Source: a virus (taxonomy: Duplodnaviria > Heunggongvirae > Uroviricota > Caudoviricetes). From it: a stretch of DNA of 33,460 nt. This document shows positions 1 through 9,533 of the stretch, one piece after another. Below the pieces are notes generated by a model that was not told the origin of the DNA, did no database searches, and saw nothing but the letters and a program-made list of their open reading frames with translations. A program made the translations under genes and the position numbers. Position 1 is the first letter of the stretch, and each line of letters begins with the position of its first letter. The stretch lies in the IMG/VR virus record IMGVR_UViG_3300027852_000034, positions 1 to 33,460 of that record; one strand, written 5' to 3'.

Positions 1-260
1 CTAGCATCTATTGGGTTGCGTTCTATTTCTGCTAACCAACCATCTACTACCTTCTTTATATAATAGAACCAAAATACAGAACCGTTATGGGGTAATTCAT
101 AGATCTTACGTTGAAATATTAACCATTCAGTAACGTCTGAAACAAAATCCTCTAATTCTTCCTCTTTTAATGACAACCTTGCATATGCATGAACAATTGA
201 CCAAGTTCTAATATAAAACCTCTCTATATCAACAGGTGTTCCATGCGTCAGATTAGTCAT
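1..260 (-). CDS. N-terminal part of a protein running off the window; weak resemblance to sigma70/ECF region 2
   Basis: Open frame from ATG at 260 to the window edge (MTNLTHGTPVDIERFYIRTWSIVHAYARLSLKEEELEDFVSDVTEWL...), overlapping the stop of 253..636; not in the ORF track. Confidence 0.6.
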   Translation of the reverse strand, partial: MTNLTHGTPVDIERFYIRTWSIVHAYARLSLKEEELEDFVSDVTEWLIFQRKIYELPHNGSVFWFYYIKKVVDGWLAEIERNPIDA

Positions 261-636
261 CTCCTCCATTGTCAAAAGTATTCGGAAGTTGAGGGAAGTC
301 GTCCACTCCTTGTGAAAGCGCGGGACCCGTAAATTTTTGTACTCCATCAAGTAACCCCACCACACTGCGAATGTTCATAAATAAATCGCTGAAACTTACA
401 AGATTACGAATTGTTGAGTTTGATGTCCGCGTTAACAACTCAGCCAAAGCTATCTGTTGGGAGGCATCCATATCTGCGATACGTTCAGGATCCAATAGAG
501 TTTGCTCTAACATACCCATAGCGTGATTTACACGCTCTAATCTAGTTACTTCAGTATGTGCTTGATTAAATAATGCACTGTAGGTACGTTCAAAAGCACT
601 GACAGCTTGACCAGCAAACTTATCTTGAGAGGACAT
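253..636 (-). CDS. hypothetical protein, 127 aa, helical
   Basis: ORF with upstream AAGGTG RBS and TATAAT element. Confidence 0.7.
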   Translation of the reverse strand: MSSQDKFAGQAVSAFERTYSALFNQAHTEVTRLERVNHAMGMLEQTLLDPERIADMDASQQIALAELLTRTSNSTIRNLVSFSDLFMNIRSVVGLLDGVQKFTGPALSQGVDDFPQLPNTFDNGGDD

Positions 637-661
637 AAATACTTCACCTTTTTCAATCTTT

Positions 662-684
662 ATTATATGAAATATATATCCAAA
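662..684 (-). promoter_or_regulatory. sigma70-type promoter, motif TATATATTT-NN-TATAAT
   Basis: Minus strand TTTGGATATATATTTCATATAAT; same core as 19040-19061. Confidence 0.5.
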
Positions 685-737
685 GCAGTAAAACTACAAG
701 GAGGACTTGCAGTACTACAGAAAGAGAGTGAAAGAGA

Positions 738-1358
738 TCATCCGCAACTACTATAACCACAATTAATACAGGTTTTACAACCTTCCTTGCGTATAAATGT
801 AGGAGAATTACACGCAGGACAAATCTCACCTTTCTCTTTTGGTGTATGAGGAACGTCAATGTGGGCAACAGTCTCAATTTTAGTATCTAAAAAATTCAGA
901 CCTTGTAAATGACTTTCTAAAACGTCCCCTATTTCAGCAACAACGGAATTCCTATATTTACCTTGACCTCCAGGTACAAAGTACCCTCCATCAGGATCAA
1001 AGATAGACTTCAATTCATCTATCAAAAATGTAATTTCACCACCTTTACGAAATACTGCTGAAATGATCCTGGTTAGAGCAACTATCCATTGAAAACTGTC
1101 CATATTCTTTGAATTGATAAAAAGTTCAAAAGGACGGAGGTGCTCAAACTCTGTACCTTCATTAAGCACGATGTCATTAATGGTAATATATAAAGCATTA
1201 TCCACTTTAGGTGATTTAATCTTGTAAGTAGCACCTATAAGTTTATACGGCCTAGAAATACCTTCATGCATGTGGATACGTTCAAGTTTTATAGGAGAAA
1301 CTTCTTTAGACCTAGCTAATGCTACACCTACAATTTTGCCACCGATCTTAACTGTCAT
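738..1358 (-). CDS. nrdJb: class II ribonucleotide reductase C-terminal subunit (NrdJb, TSCPD domain plus Zn ribbon)
   Basis: TSCPD-like LYITINDIV..PFELFINSK..ALTRIISAVFR and C-terminal CPACNSPTFIRKEGCKTCINCGYSSCG; start re-set to ATG 1358, directly after the nrdJa stop. Confidence 0.85.
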   Translation of the reverse strand: MTVKIGGKIVGVALARSKEVSPIKLERIHMHEGISRPYKLIGATYKIKSPKVDNALYITINDIVLNEGTEFEHLRPFELFINSKNMDSFQWIVALTRIISAVFRKGGEITFLIDELKSIFDPDGGYFVPGGQGKYRNSVVAEIGDVLESHLQGLNFLDTKIETVAHIDVPHTPKEKGEICPACNSPTFIRKEGCKTCINCGYSSCG

Positions 1359-1359
1359 A

Positions 1360-3456
1360 TTAATACCCTTGTGTGTATCTACCTTCTTTGATTGCATCGA
1401 AAAGCATGGCAGCATTATGTACTTCGCCTTCGTACTCGATATCTTCAGAACCTTTTACTTCTACCTCAGATCCATCCTCTAATGTGAACTTGTATAAAGT
1501 ATTCTCAAGTTCTTCATTCTTTACAAGTATACCTTGCAAAGTTTCTGGATTGTACCTAAACACAGTTGCCCCTTTCAAATGCTGTTCAGCACCATAACGA
1601 TACACAGATTTAAAATTTTCAAACTCTATATCTGTGGGTAAATTGATTGTCTTTGAAATAGATGAATCTACCCATTTTTGTGCAGCAGCCTGCATGTCAA
1701 CATGTTTGGAAGGTTCAATGTTATCAGCCTCTATAAAGTAATGCGGTAAGTCAGCTTTCTCAGGATCAGCTTTATTATCAATCAAACTTTTATAAGCTAG
1801 TAGTTCATAGCTATTGACTTCCATTTGCTGTCTTGTCTTTTTGCCCTCTACTGTCAAATTACGGTTATATTTCTGAGAGAAAGAAGGCTCAATACCATTA
1901 CTTACATTGTTACATAAGGCTAAGGAGATAGTACCAGTAGGAGCAATAGATGTGTGGTGTGTAAATCTACATCCATGCTTACTCAGTTCTTTAATTAATC
2001 CAGGCAAATATTTAGCTATCCTTTGAATATAATTACTGTGTATAAATAATTCTTTACCAGATACTTTATTACCTACTTTATGCCCCGCATTTGCGAAAGA
2101 TCCATTCTTAAACATTTCATCTGTAACATCAAAGGATTCATCCATGATAGGTGCAGAACCTTTTTCCTTAGCTAGTTCAACACCTTCTTCCCAACCTGAT
2201 ATTGCTAGACTAGCCATTATGTTATCAGTCCATAAAATTGCTTCCTCACTACCATAAACTACTTGCAACATAGTTAATGCAGAACCTAAACCTGTGATGC
2301 CCATACCATGCCTACGTTTACGAAGAATTTCCTGTTGCTGTTCTTCTAAAGGAAGACCATTCTTTTCAACCACATTGTCAAGCATTCTAGTAAATACTTT
2401 TACAGTTTTCTTAAAAAGAGCATAATCAAAAAGAGCATCTTTCGTAAACGGTTTTCTTACAAATTTAGTTAGGTTAATAGAACCTAGTAAACAAGCCCCG
2501 TACGGAGGCAATGGCTGTTCACCACAAGGATTTGTAGCCCTAATTTCTTCACACCACCAAGTGTTGTTCCAATAATTAATTTCATCTATTAACAAAATAC
2601 CAGGCTCAGAATAATCATAAGCTGATTTCATTATTACATCCCAAACATCCCTTGCAGGCAAAGTTTTGTAAATCTTACAAAGACATTCACCTTCTTCATT
2701 ATAGGTATGTTTAGAACTTTTATCGTGCCAATCAATCCAAACTAATTTAGCATTATCAGTTACAGCCGCTTCTTTTTCATGCACAGGAAATAAGAAATGC
2801 CAGTCATCATCATTTTTCAAAGCTAATAAAAAAGCATCAGTAACTAGTACAGACACATTGAATTGACGAAAACGTCCATCCTCTCTTTTCGCTTTAATAA
2901 AATCCAATATATCTGGATGGCCTATATCAAATGTCGCCATCTGCGCGCCTCTACGCCCTCCTGCTGAGGAAATAGTACTACATAGCTTGTCATACACATC
3001 CATGAAAGGAAGAGGGCCTGAGGTTGTTGCTCCTACGCCTTTTACTAGTGCTCCTTTGGGTCGCAAAGTACTAAATTCGTAACCTATACCACATCCAGCT
3101 TTTAATGTAAGCCCTGCTTCATAAATACGTTCAAGAATACTTTCCATAGAATCTTCTATTGTACCTGAAACAGTACAATTGATTGTAGAAGCTTCAGGTT
3201 TATATTCCTCTGCACCTAAATTAGAAATAATGCGTCCTGCAGGAATAGCACCATTTACCATAGCCTCATAAAATTTCTGCTGCCACATTTCTTGATTTTT
3301 AATTTCTACAGAAGCTAATGCTTTAGAAACACGGCGAAAAGTGGCAGCTACATTAACATCAATAAGATCATTATCTTTATTTCGTAGCTGGTATTTTTTT
3401 TCGTAAACTTCTTGGGATACAGGTTGGAGTGGTAAATCTATTGTGGTATCAGACAT
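1360..3456 (-). CDS. nrdJa: adenosylcobalamin-dependent (class II) ribonucleotide reductase, NrdJa
   Basis: PAGRI, STINC, active-site TNPCGEQPL..YGACLLGSINL, TSIAPTGTIS, VDSSISKTINLP; start re-set to ATG 3456 (GAGG RBS). Confidence 0.93.
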   Translation of the reverse strand: MSDTTIDLPLQPVSQEVYEKKYQLRNKDNDLIDVNVAATFRRVSKALASVEIKNQEMWQQKFYEAMVNGAIPAGRIISNLGAEEYKPEASTINCTVSGTIEDSMESILERIYEAGLTLKAGCGIGYEFSTLRPKGALVKGVGATTSGPLPFMDVYDKLCSTISSAGGRRGAQMATFDIGHPDILDFIKAKREDGRFRQFNVSVLVTDAFLLALKNDDDWHFLFPVHEKEAAVTDNAKLVWIDWHDKSSKHTYNEEGECLCKIYKTLPARDVWDVIMKSAYDYSEPGILLIDEINYWNNTWWCEEIRATNPCGEQPLPPYGACLLGSINLTKFVRKPFTKDALFDYALFKKTVKVFTRMLDNVVEKNGLPLEEQQQEILRKRRHGMGITGLGSALTMLQVVYGSEEAILWTDNIMASLAISGWEEGVELAKEKGSAPIMDESFDVTDEMFKNGSFANAGHKVGNKVSGKELFIHSNYIQRIAKYLPGLIKELSKHGCRFTHHTSIAPTGTISLALCNNVSNGIEPSFSQKYNRNLTVEGKKTRQQMEVNSYELLAYKSLIDNKADPEKADLPHYFIEADNIEPSKHVDMQAAAQKWVDSSISKTINLPTDIEFENFKSVYRYGAEQHLKGATVFRYNPETLQGILVKNEELENTLYKFTLEDGSEVEVKGSEDIEYEGEVHNAAMLFDAIKEGRYTQGY

Positions 3457-3464
3457 TGTGTTCC

Positions 3465-4100
3465 TCAAAATATTGTAGCTAGATGATCCATTAATTCAGA
3501 ATGTACTTCTGGTATAGACTTTTCAGCATTTATTATATGGTGAGTTTGTAGAGCGTTAGCACGATCTAAATATGTGTTTCTTACACGGGTGTAAAATTCA
3601 ATATCTTCTTTTTCAAATCTATCATGCTCAACTCCTAGTCTGCCCAATCCTACATGTACAGGAGCATCTAACACTAATACCATATTTGGATTAAATTGAG
3701 CTTGTACGAAGTGTTCTAAAAATCGTATGAATTCTCTATTTACTCCACAACCACCACCTTGGTATGCATACGAAGCATCTGTAAACCTATCAGACACTAC
3801 CCAAGTACCTTTTAATAATGCAGGATAAATAACAGACTCTAAATGTTGTACCCTTGCAGCAAACATTAAGAGTAATTCAGCCTCAGCAACTATCGGTACT
3901 GTAGAGTGTAATAGCATGTCACGCAATTGTTCTCCTAACTGAGTACCTCCAGGTTCTCTTGTATGGACAACATCAAGACCTTTATTTTTAAGAGTTTCTA
4001 CAACAAATTCAGCAGCGGTGGTTTTGCCTAGCCCGTCTATGCCTTCAAGAACAATAAATTTACCAAGTTCTTTTTCTTTAGGTTCCGCACCGTTAAGCAT
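3465..4100 (-). CDS. tmk: thymidylate (dTMP) kinase
   Basis: [15 protein letters not shown]-loop, [30 protein letters not shown]. Confidence 0.95.
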   Translation of the reverse strand: MLNGAEPKEKELGKFIVLEGIDGLGKTTAAEFVVETLKNKGLDVVHTREPGGTQLGEQLRDMLLHSTVPIVAEAELLLMFAARVQHLESVIYPALLKGTWVVSDRFTDASYAYQGGGCGVNREFIRFLEHFVQAQFNPNMVLVLDAPVHVGLGRLGVEHDRFEKEDIEFYTRVRNTYLDRANALQTHHIINAEKSIPEVHSELMDHLATIF

Positions 4101-4563
4101 TACTACTTATCCCTGTACTGCCCATCCCATCTTCTCCTCGTACTGATTTTGTAAACTCTTCAACCTCTTCAAAATTTACTTGTACTACAGGAAGGAACAT
4201 CATTTGAGCTATTCTGTCACCTGGAGAAACAGTAAACGGAGGACTACTACCGCCAGTACTTCTATTCCAACAAGAGATAAAAACTTCACCTTGATAGTCT
4301 GAATCAATAAGACCTACAAGATTACCTAACACGATACCATATTTATGACCTAAGCCTGATCTAGGAAGAAGTGTAGCAGCAAGACTATTATCTTCCATAT
4401 GAATAGCAATACCAGTAGGTATCAATTGACACTCGCCAGGATAAAGTGTTACTGGTTTCTCTATACACGCTCTCAAATCAAGACCTGCTGATCCTGATGT
4501 AGCATATTCAGGAAATCCAAATTCTCTAACCTTCTCATTCACTACTTTTATTTGTACAGTCAT
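4093..4563 (-). CDS. dut: trimeric dUTPase
   Basis: Conserved motifs [37 protein letters not shown]. Confidence 0.95.
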   Translation of the reverse strand: MTVQIKVVNEKVREFGFPEYATSGSAGLDLRACIEKPVTLYPGECQLIPTGIAIHMEDNSLAATLLPRSGLGHKYGIVLGNLVGLIDSDYQGEVFISCWNRSTGGSSPPFTVSPGDRIAQMMFLPVVQVNFEEVEEFTKSVRGEDGMGSTGISSNA

Positions 4564-4567
4564 ATCA

Positions 4568-4753
4568 TCACTCTTTTAACCTATTCCATTGATCTTCAGT
4601 AAACCATGTTCTTGCTCCGCAGTTTTCACATAAAACATGCATTAATGGTTCACTAGACATTTGACTATTTTTTTTAAATTCTGGATGCCCGCCTAAACCG
4701 CTATTAGATATCCAAATGTGATTGCAATTTTCATTCAAATTTTGCGCATTCAA
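4568..4753 (-). CDS. small hypothetical protein, possible Zn-binding (CNH..H..CENC)
   Basis: ORF packed in the operon. Confidence 0.65.
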   Translation of the reverse strand: MNAQNLNENCNHIWISNSGLGGHPEFKKNSQMSSEPLMHVLCENCGARTWFTEDQWNRLKE

Positions 4754-4767
4754 TTCTTGTCCCCTAT

Positions 4768-5103
4768 TTAAATACGTTTTCCACCATGTTGGTATTTACG
4801 AACCTTATTTATAATCATTTTAGTATGTACTGCATCTCCTAAATCTATCCCTAAGCCGTGTGCTAAACCAACCACTCTTATTACAATATCTGCCATCTCT
4901 TCTTCAAAATTCTCTTTATCATTCTTACGAAATGCTTCCATGGCTTCTGATACTTCAGTAACAATCAACATCAACACCGCAGGAATTTGATGGGTATCTT
5001 CCCAATCCTTTTGACCAGTAACTTCCCATCCGTGAGCAAGCTTGTTCTCTAAAATTTTATCTCCGACATCATCTAGTGCTTTTGATAAAGCTGACTTAGT
5101 CAT
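4768..5103 (-). CDS. MazG-like nucleotide pyrophosphohydrolase
   Basis: LIVTEVSEAMEA..EEMADIVIR acidic helix pattern; start re-set to ATG 5103 (GGGG RBS). Confidence 0.8.
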   Translation of the reverse strand: MTKSALSKALDDVGDKILENKLAHGWEVTGQKDWEDTHQIPAVLMLIVTEVSEAMEAFRKNDKENFEEEMADIVIRVVGLAHGLGIDLGDAVHTKMIINKVRKYQHGGKRI

Positions 5104-5113
5104 CTTTGTCCCC

Positions 5114-5392
5114 TTAGTCAAATGGAAACCAACTAACAGTTGGTGGTATGTTATCTAAATCAAAAAAATAAAAGTCTGTAGCTTTTCTAGGCATCTTACT
5201 CCATTTATGAGTTACAGGTTTATGCGAAGAACAATAATACTCCCATGCCCATATTTCTTCTCTGTCTGTATCATCTCTGAAGATATACCTAGTACCATCT
5301 ATTACTAAGGTACCTGTTTTAATCCACTTCAAGTGTTTCAAATTTGCTGCCTGAAGAATCTTTAGTAACGCAGTATGCACCTTCAAAGCCAC
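5114..5392 (-). CDS. hypothetical protein, start uncertain
   Basis: Fills the gap between the SbcC-like and MazG genes; the GTG start overlaps the SbcC 3' end by 74 nt. Confidence 0.55.
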   Translation of the reverse strand: MALKVHTALLKILQAANLKHLKWIKTGTLVIDGTRYIFRDDTDREEIWAWEYYCSSHKPVTHKWSKMPRKATDFYFFDLDNIPPTVSWFPFD

Positions 5393-7181
5393 CGTACTCT
5401 AAACTACGATGATCAATAATCCAAATTTGCTTATGCAACTCTCTAGCACGGTTATCTAAGGTCTCAAGTAAATCAACTATACCTTTTGCGCTTAACCAAG
5501 TACTAGGCTCATCAAATACTTCAAAGTACGATTCTACTCCATTCCTAGCAAGTATCAAGTTAGATAGTCCTAATGTTCCAGCTAAACGTAAACGTTGGGA
5601 TTCTCCTCCTGACCAACTTTCCCATGCTACAGGATCTTCATTATACGGTGAATAAATAAGAACAGTAAAACCCTTTCTTATGGTTCCTGATTTAGTTTCC
5701 TTATCAACTGCAAATTCTATTTTCCAATCTCTCAAGCCCAATTGATATAGGCAATTATTCACTTCTAACTCTAATTGGCCTAATACTTCTGAAATAAGGA
5801 AGAGCCTTACCTCTTTAAAACCTTTTACCCAGTACTTGACCTTTTCAATTTTAGATTCAGACGAAAGAACCTCTTCCTTTTGTTCCTTTACCTGCTTTTT
5901 CAGCATTTCTACCGTTTCTTTTGTTTTTGCTTGTTCTAAAACATATGGATTCTCTTCAGCCTCTAATTCACTATAGTCAAGCCGTGCATCTCTTACCAGT
6001 ATAAGAAGTCCTTTGCTATCACGCTTCACAAGATCCATTCTATGTTTCAAATTACTAGCGTCTGTTTGCAGTTGTCGATAATAAGACGTTTCCTCAGCTA
6101 GTGCTGTCTTTGCACGGCTCTTATCATGCTCTAGATCATTTAAATCCTCTGAAAACACTGAATGTTGCTTTTTTAGGGCTTTTTTCTCTATATTTAGCTG
6201 TTTTTGGTGCTTTTTTACATGATTTTCATCTATTTCTTGACCACACTCGTTGCAAATACCCTTTAAACCATCAAATTTTGCTAAATTCCGCTCTAAATAG
6301 GTGATTTTTGCGTCAATTTTGCCCTTTTCCGACATTATTTCACGCCATTCCACATCAATTTCACTTAAAATTTCATCAATATCACCCGCAATATCCTTAG
6401 ATTCCTGTAATTTAGGAGTAGAATCTTCAGTATCTTGAAGCAACTCTTTTCCTTTTGTTTCCAATTCCTTAAGACTTTTCTTAGCATCCAGAATTGCAGC
6501 AGTAAAACCCTCTAATCTAGACACTCTCTTCTCTTCCCAAGCATCTATTTGAGTAACATAATCTAAATCTTCAAGTACTGTAATCTTACCTTTTAATTCA
6601 GCAAGGTACTCTTTTGAGTCATGATACCAACCTTCAAGGTCATTTAACCGCATTTTTGCTTTATGACTATATGCATCCCACTCAGAAAGGTTTAAAATTG
6701 TTGTAAATAAGGTAGCTTTTTCAGCAGGCTTCAAATCAAAGAACATATCTCTGAATTGAGAGAACAATACTGCATACTGGAATGCTTCAAAATCCAATCC
6801 TATAAGATCGTCTACATTAGATTGTTCTATATCTTCAAAATCAGATTCCATTGCAGCTAATTTTAATGAATTAGGCTTCCAAGTCCGTTTAATAAAATAC
6901 GGAGTACCTTCATATTCGAAAGATAACTCTACTCTACATTTATGTTTACCGCCCCATGTACCTACATCACTAGCTTTCAAATTTCTGGAGGTTTTACCAT
7001 AAAGACACCAAACCATAGCATCCCACATACTGGTCTTTCCAGAACCGTTAGCTTCTAACTCTGGTTCATTGACATTTTTACCAGTAAGAAAATAAAAACC
7101 TTCTTTCTCAGGAAAGTCAAAACTCTGTTCAATAGTAAAACTTTTGAAACCTTGTATTGATAACGAAATTGGTTTAAACAT
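5319..7181 (-). CDS. SbcC/Rad50/T4 gp46-like recombination ATPase
   Basis: Walker A NGSGKTS, coiled coils with CNEC zinc hook, signature WSGGESQR, Walker B FDEP, H-loop IIDH; start re-set to ATG 7181. Confidence 0.92.
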   Translation of the reverse strand: MFKPISLSIQGFKSFTIEQSFDFPEKEGFYFLTGKNVNEPELEANGSGKTSMWDAMVWCLYGKTSRNLKASDVGTWGGKHKCRVELSFEYEGTPYFIKRTWKPNSLKLAAMESDFEDIEQSNVDDLIGLDFEAFQYAVLFSQFRDMFFDLKPAEKATLFTTILNLSEWDAYSHKAKMRLNDLEGWYHDSKEYLAELKGKITVLEDLDYVTQIDAWEEKRVSRLEGFTAAILDAKKSLKELETKGKELLQDTEDSTPKLQESKDIAGDIDEILSEIDVEWREIMSEKGKIDAKITYLERNLAKFDGLKGICNECGQEIDENHVKKHQKQLNIEKKALKKQHSVFSEDLNDLEHDKSRAKTALAEETSYYRQLQTDASNLKHRMDLVKRDSKGLLILVRDARLDYSELEAEENPYVLEQAKTKETVEMLKKQVKEQKEEVLSSESKIEKVKYWVKGFKEVRLFLISEVLGQLELEVNNCLYQLGLRDWKIEFAVDKETKSGTIRKGFTVLIYSPYNEDPVAWESWSGGESQRLRLAGTLGLSNLILARNGVESYFEVFDEPSTWLSAKGIVDLLETLDNRARELHKQIWIIDHRSLEYGGFEGAYCVTKDSSGSKFETLEVD

Positions 7182-7353
7182 CAATCCCTTCCCAATCATA
7201 AACTTTATTAACGGTTACTATTTTTGTAGTAAGATTATCTGCCACAGGGTGCTTCTCAAGGTACTGCTCTGCATCATAGTCAGAATAAAAATTTCCATCT
7301 ATGACGTACAGTACTCCTTCAAGATAATTTCCAACTACTATCATGCACTCCAT
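7174..7353 (-). CDS. hypothetical protein, 59 aa
   Basis: MECMIVVGNYLEG...WEGIDV with AAGGAG RBS; not in the ORF track. Confidence 0.65.
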   Translation of the reverse strand: MECMIVVGNYLEGVLYVIDGNFYSDYDAEQYLEKHPVADNLTTKIVTVNKVYDWEGIDV

Positions 7354-7356
7354 AAG

Positions 7357-8013
7357 TTACTCCTTTTCACCTTCTAATAATTTCGGCATATCTTTAGTCA
7401 TATCTGTTAAGGCTTGCAATCCTGCTTCTCTTATACGGTGCTCTATATAAGCCTCTACTTCAGATTTTGCAGATAGAACAGTTTTGGACAGTTGCTTAGC
7501 AAACTGTTCGTATACAAAAGGCATGTCACTTTTTAAAGAAACCTCTATACGATTGACCATATTTTGAAGTTCTCTTAATTCAGATTTTTTAGCTCTAGGG
7601 GCTTCAGCTACCTCTTTAGCTTTTATAACCAGATTAGAAAGACGTTCAACAATCTCTTGTATATCCTCTCTGAATTCCTTTTTAAAAGTTTCTACCTTAG
7701 GTTCAAAATCATCAGATTCAATTACACCTTCTTCCCTAGTATATTTAAGAGTGCAAGGTACAGGAGAAGTATTAGGAGAGGATACAAATTCTGCGAATTG
7801 AACTGGTGACAAATAAACCTCTACGATGTGTCTCTTTTCATGTACCCAATCACTAGCTAAATCTCTTGCAAAAATAGCAGAGCTAATTTTTAAACTGATA
7901 AAATTGTTATGTCGAACATCGGAACCAAATAACGTTATGTTTCCTCCAGTGCATCTACTCCAACTAATTACACCATAAGAAGGATGCTCTTTTTCATTGT
8001 CAAAGAGTGCCAT
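7357..8013 (-). CDS. phage hypothetical protein, 218 aa
   Basis: HPSYGVISWSR..LFGSD..RDLASDW..QFAEFVSS..PCTL; I recall this pattern from other phage hypotheticals, function unknown. Confidence 0.75.
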   Translation of the reverse strand: MALFDNEKEHPSYGVISWSRCTGGNITLFGSDVRHNNFISLKISSAIFARDLASDWVHEKRHIVEVYLSPVQFAEFVSSPNTSPVPCTLKYTREEGVIESDDFEPKVETFKKEFREDIQEIVERLSNLVIKAKEVAEAPRAKKSELRELQNMVNRIEVSLKSDMPFVYEQFAKQLSKTVLSAKSEVEAYIEHRIREAGLQALTDMTKDMPKLLEGEKE

Positions 8014-8128
8014 ATTAAATTCCTTTATATATAAGGGTAGTAAATATCATGCCAATAATAAATCCTAAAATAAAAAAAAGGAATTTATCTGTTTGAAACA
8101 TTTAGATTACCTATTATGTAGTTATTAA

Positions 8129-9163
8129 TTATACCAGTGAATCTATTAATTTATAAATTGCTTTAGGAGGCATCTCACCCGGATCTTCATATTCTTCAGG
8201 TACTTGCCCTGGTATAACTTCATTTGTAACAAAGGCCAATGCAGAAGCCATTTTTAAAGCAGTATCTACTTCCGCAGCATCAAGCAATAGAACAACCTTT
8301 TTAAAATTCATAGATAATTCTTCAATTAAGATTGCTTGAGGTTCACGCAAATTTTTACTGAACAAACATGTAGCACGGGCTCCTATCTCTTGACCATAAA
8401 AATCTACTTTTAAAGCATCGAAAGGTCCTTCTGTAACGAATAAGATCTCACCGTTTGCGTCCATTAGATTGTCAAAGTTATAGATGGTATCTTTAATTGA
8501 CATCAAAGCACCGTGCCTTGGACTAAAGGTGTTATAACGTAATTTAGACTCTTTTTGTATAGATCTACCTGTCCATGTAACTAATCTAAAATCTTGATGT
8601 ATAGGTAAGATAATTCTATTTTCCCATTTACCTGATAAGCAGCACCGCACATCATATTGATCTATGAAATCATAAATATGGTTTTTATGAAAACCTCTTT
8701 CATAGATCAAGTAATTAATAAAACGTTTCGATGAACTATATTTACCTACAGGTGCAAATTCTTCAGGTAAATCTAGACCTTTTGCATTCTGTTCTGCTTC
8801 CAGGTATTCTTGTTCTGTAGAAAAGATTTTAGAGGGATCTTTCGCTAGAGCATCAAATGATCCTTCTTGGATCCAATCTACCTGCTCACCTAAAATCTGA
8901 CAAGCCTCTGCATAAGATATACGCAGGAGCTTCATTAAAAGTCTGTGCAACTTTCTACCGTGATGGCGTCTATTACGCCAACACGACCAAAACCCAGTAT
9001 TGGGATCTATTCCTAAGTGATGGCTAGGATCAGGATTACCTTCACTATTACAGAATGGGCAAGATAGATTTAACTCACCAGCCTTAACATTAACGCCATT
9101 CGTAATGTAATGGATACCACGTTTAGACAGGAAGTTCTCTACATTGAATTTGAAAACTGGCAC
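8129..9163 (-). CDS. DNA primase (DnaG/T4 gp61-like, Zn-binding plus TOPRIM)
   Basis: CPFC..HHLG..CW Zn domain, RIILPI..WTGR, TOPRIM FVTEGPFDAL, LLLD, EDPGE. Confidence 0.88.
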   Translation of the reverse strand: MPVFKFNVENFLSKRGIHYITNGVNVKAGELNLSCPFCNSEGNPDPSHHLGIDPNTGFWSCWRNRRHHGRKLHRLLMKLLRISYAEACQILGEQVDWIQEGSFDALAKDPSKIFSTEQEYLEAEQNAKGLDLPEEFAPVGKYSSSKRFINYLIYERGFHKNHIYDFIDQYDVRCCLSGKWENRIILPIHQDFRLVTWTGRSIQKESKLRYNTFSPRHGALMSIKDTIYNFDNLMDANGEILFVTEGPFDALKVDFYGQEIGARATCLFSKNLREPQAILIEELSMNFKKVVLLLDAAEVDTALKMASALAFVTNEVIPGQVPEEYEDPGEMPPKAIYKLIDSLV

Positions 9164-9168
9164 TATAA

Positions 9169-9360
9169 TTAATCACCGATATCTACTATCCATACTCCGC
9201 ACGGACATACCCGCCCATGTTTTTCCCAAGTCCAATTTTCATGATTACAAGGTACATCTTCTGACTCGCCCTCTTTTGGTTTGTGGCCTGATCGCTTCCA
9301 TTTCTTATAGTCTGGAGAAGCCTGATATTGTTCAAACGTGTCATACCCTCCATATAGCAT
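9169..9360 (-). CDS. small hypothetical protein
   Basis: GAGGAGG RBS, ATG 9360. Confidence 0.65.
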   Translation of the reverse strand: MLYGGYDTFEQYQASPDYKKWKRSGHKPKEGESEDVPCNHENWTWEKHGRVCPCGVWIVDIGD

Positions 9361-9384
9361 CCTATACCTCCTCAAATATTTAAG

Positions 9385-9532
9385 AGTAAAGGACTATCCG
9401 GTAATGGCTGTTCTAAGACTGTTTTAGGTACGGATATTAAGTCTTATATCTGACAACCAGATACTTACAACACACCGGTTTGATGGACCTTGCCATACGG
9501 AAACGTTACTACCGCCCGAATAGTCCTTTACT
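9385..9532. ncRNA. candidate structured RNA (148 nt) closed by a 17-bp terminal stem
   Basis: AGTAAAGGACTAT/ATAGTCCTTTACT perfect 13-bp inverted repeat extending to 17 bp on the minus strand; internal stems TATCTG/CAGATA, TAAGACT/AGTCTTA, ATGG/CCAT; fills the intergenic gap. Confidence 0.6.
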
Positions 9533-9533
9533 A

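Noticed and set aside
8039-8054. sigma54 promoter TGGCATGATATTTACT, and similar AGGCATGATTTTTAGT at 18596-18611
   Set aside because: Both lack the conserved GC at -12, and the second is too close to its start codon. They may be a shared operator, but are not supportable as RpoN promoters.
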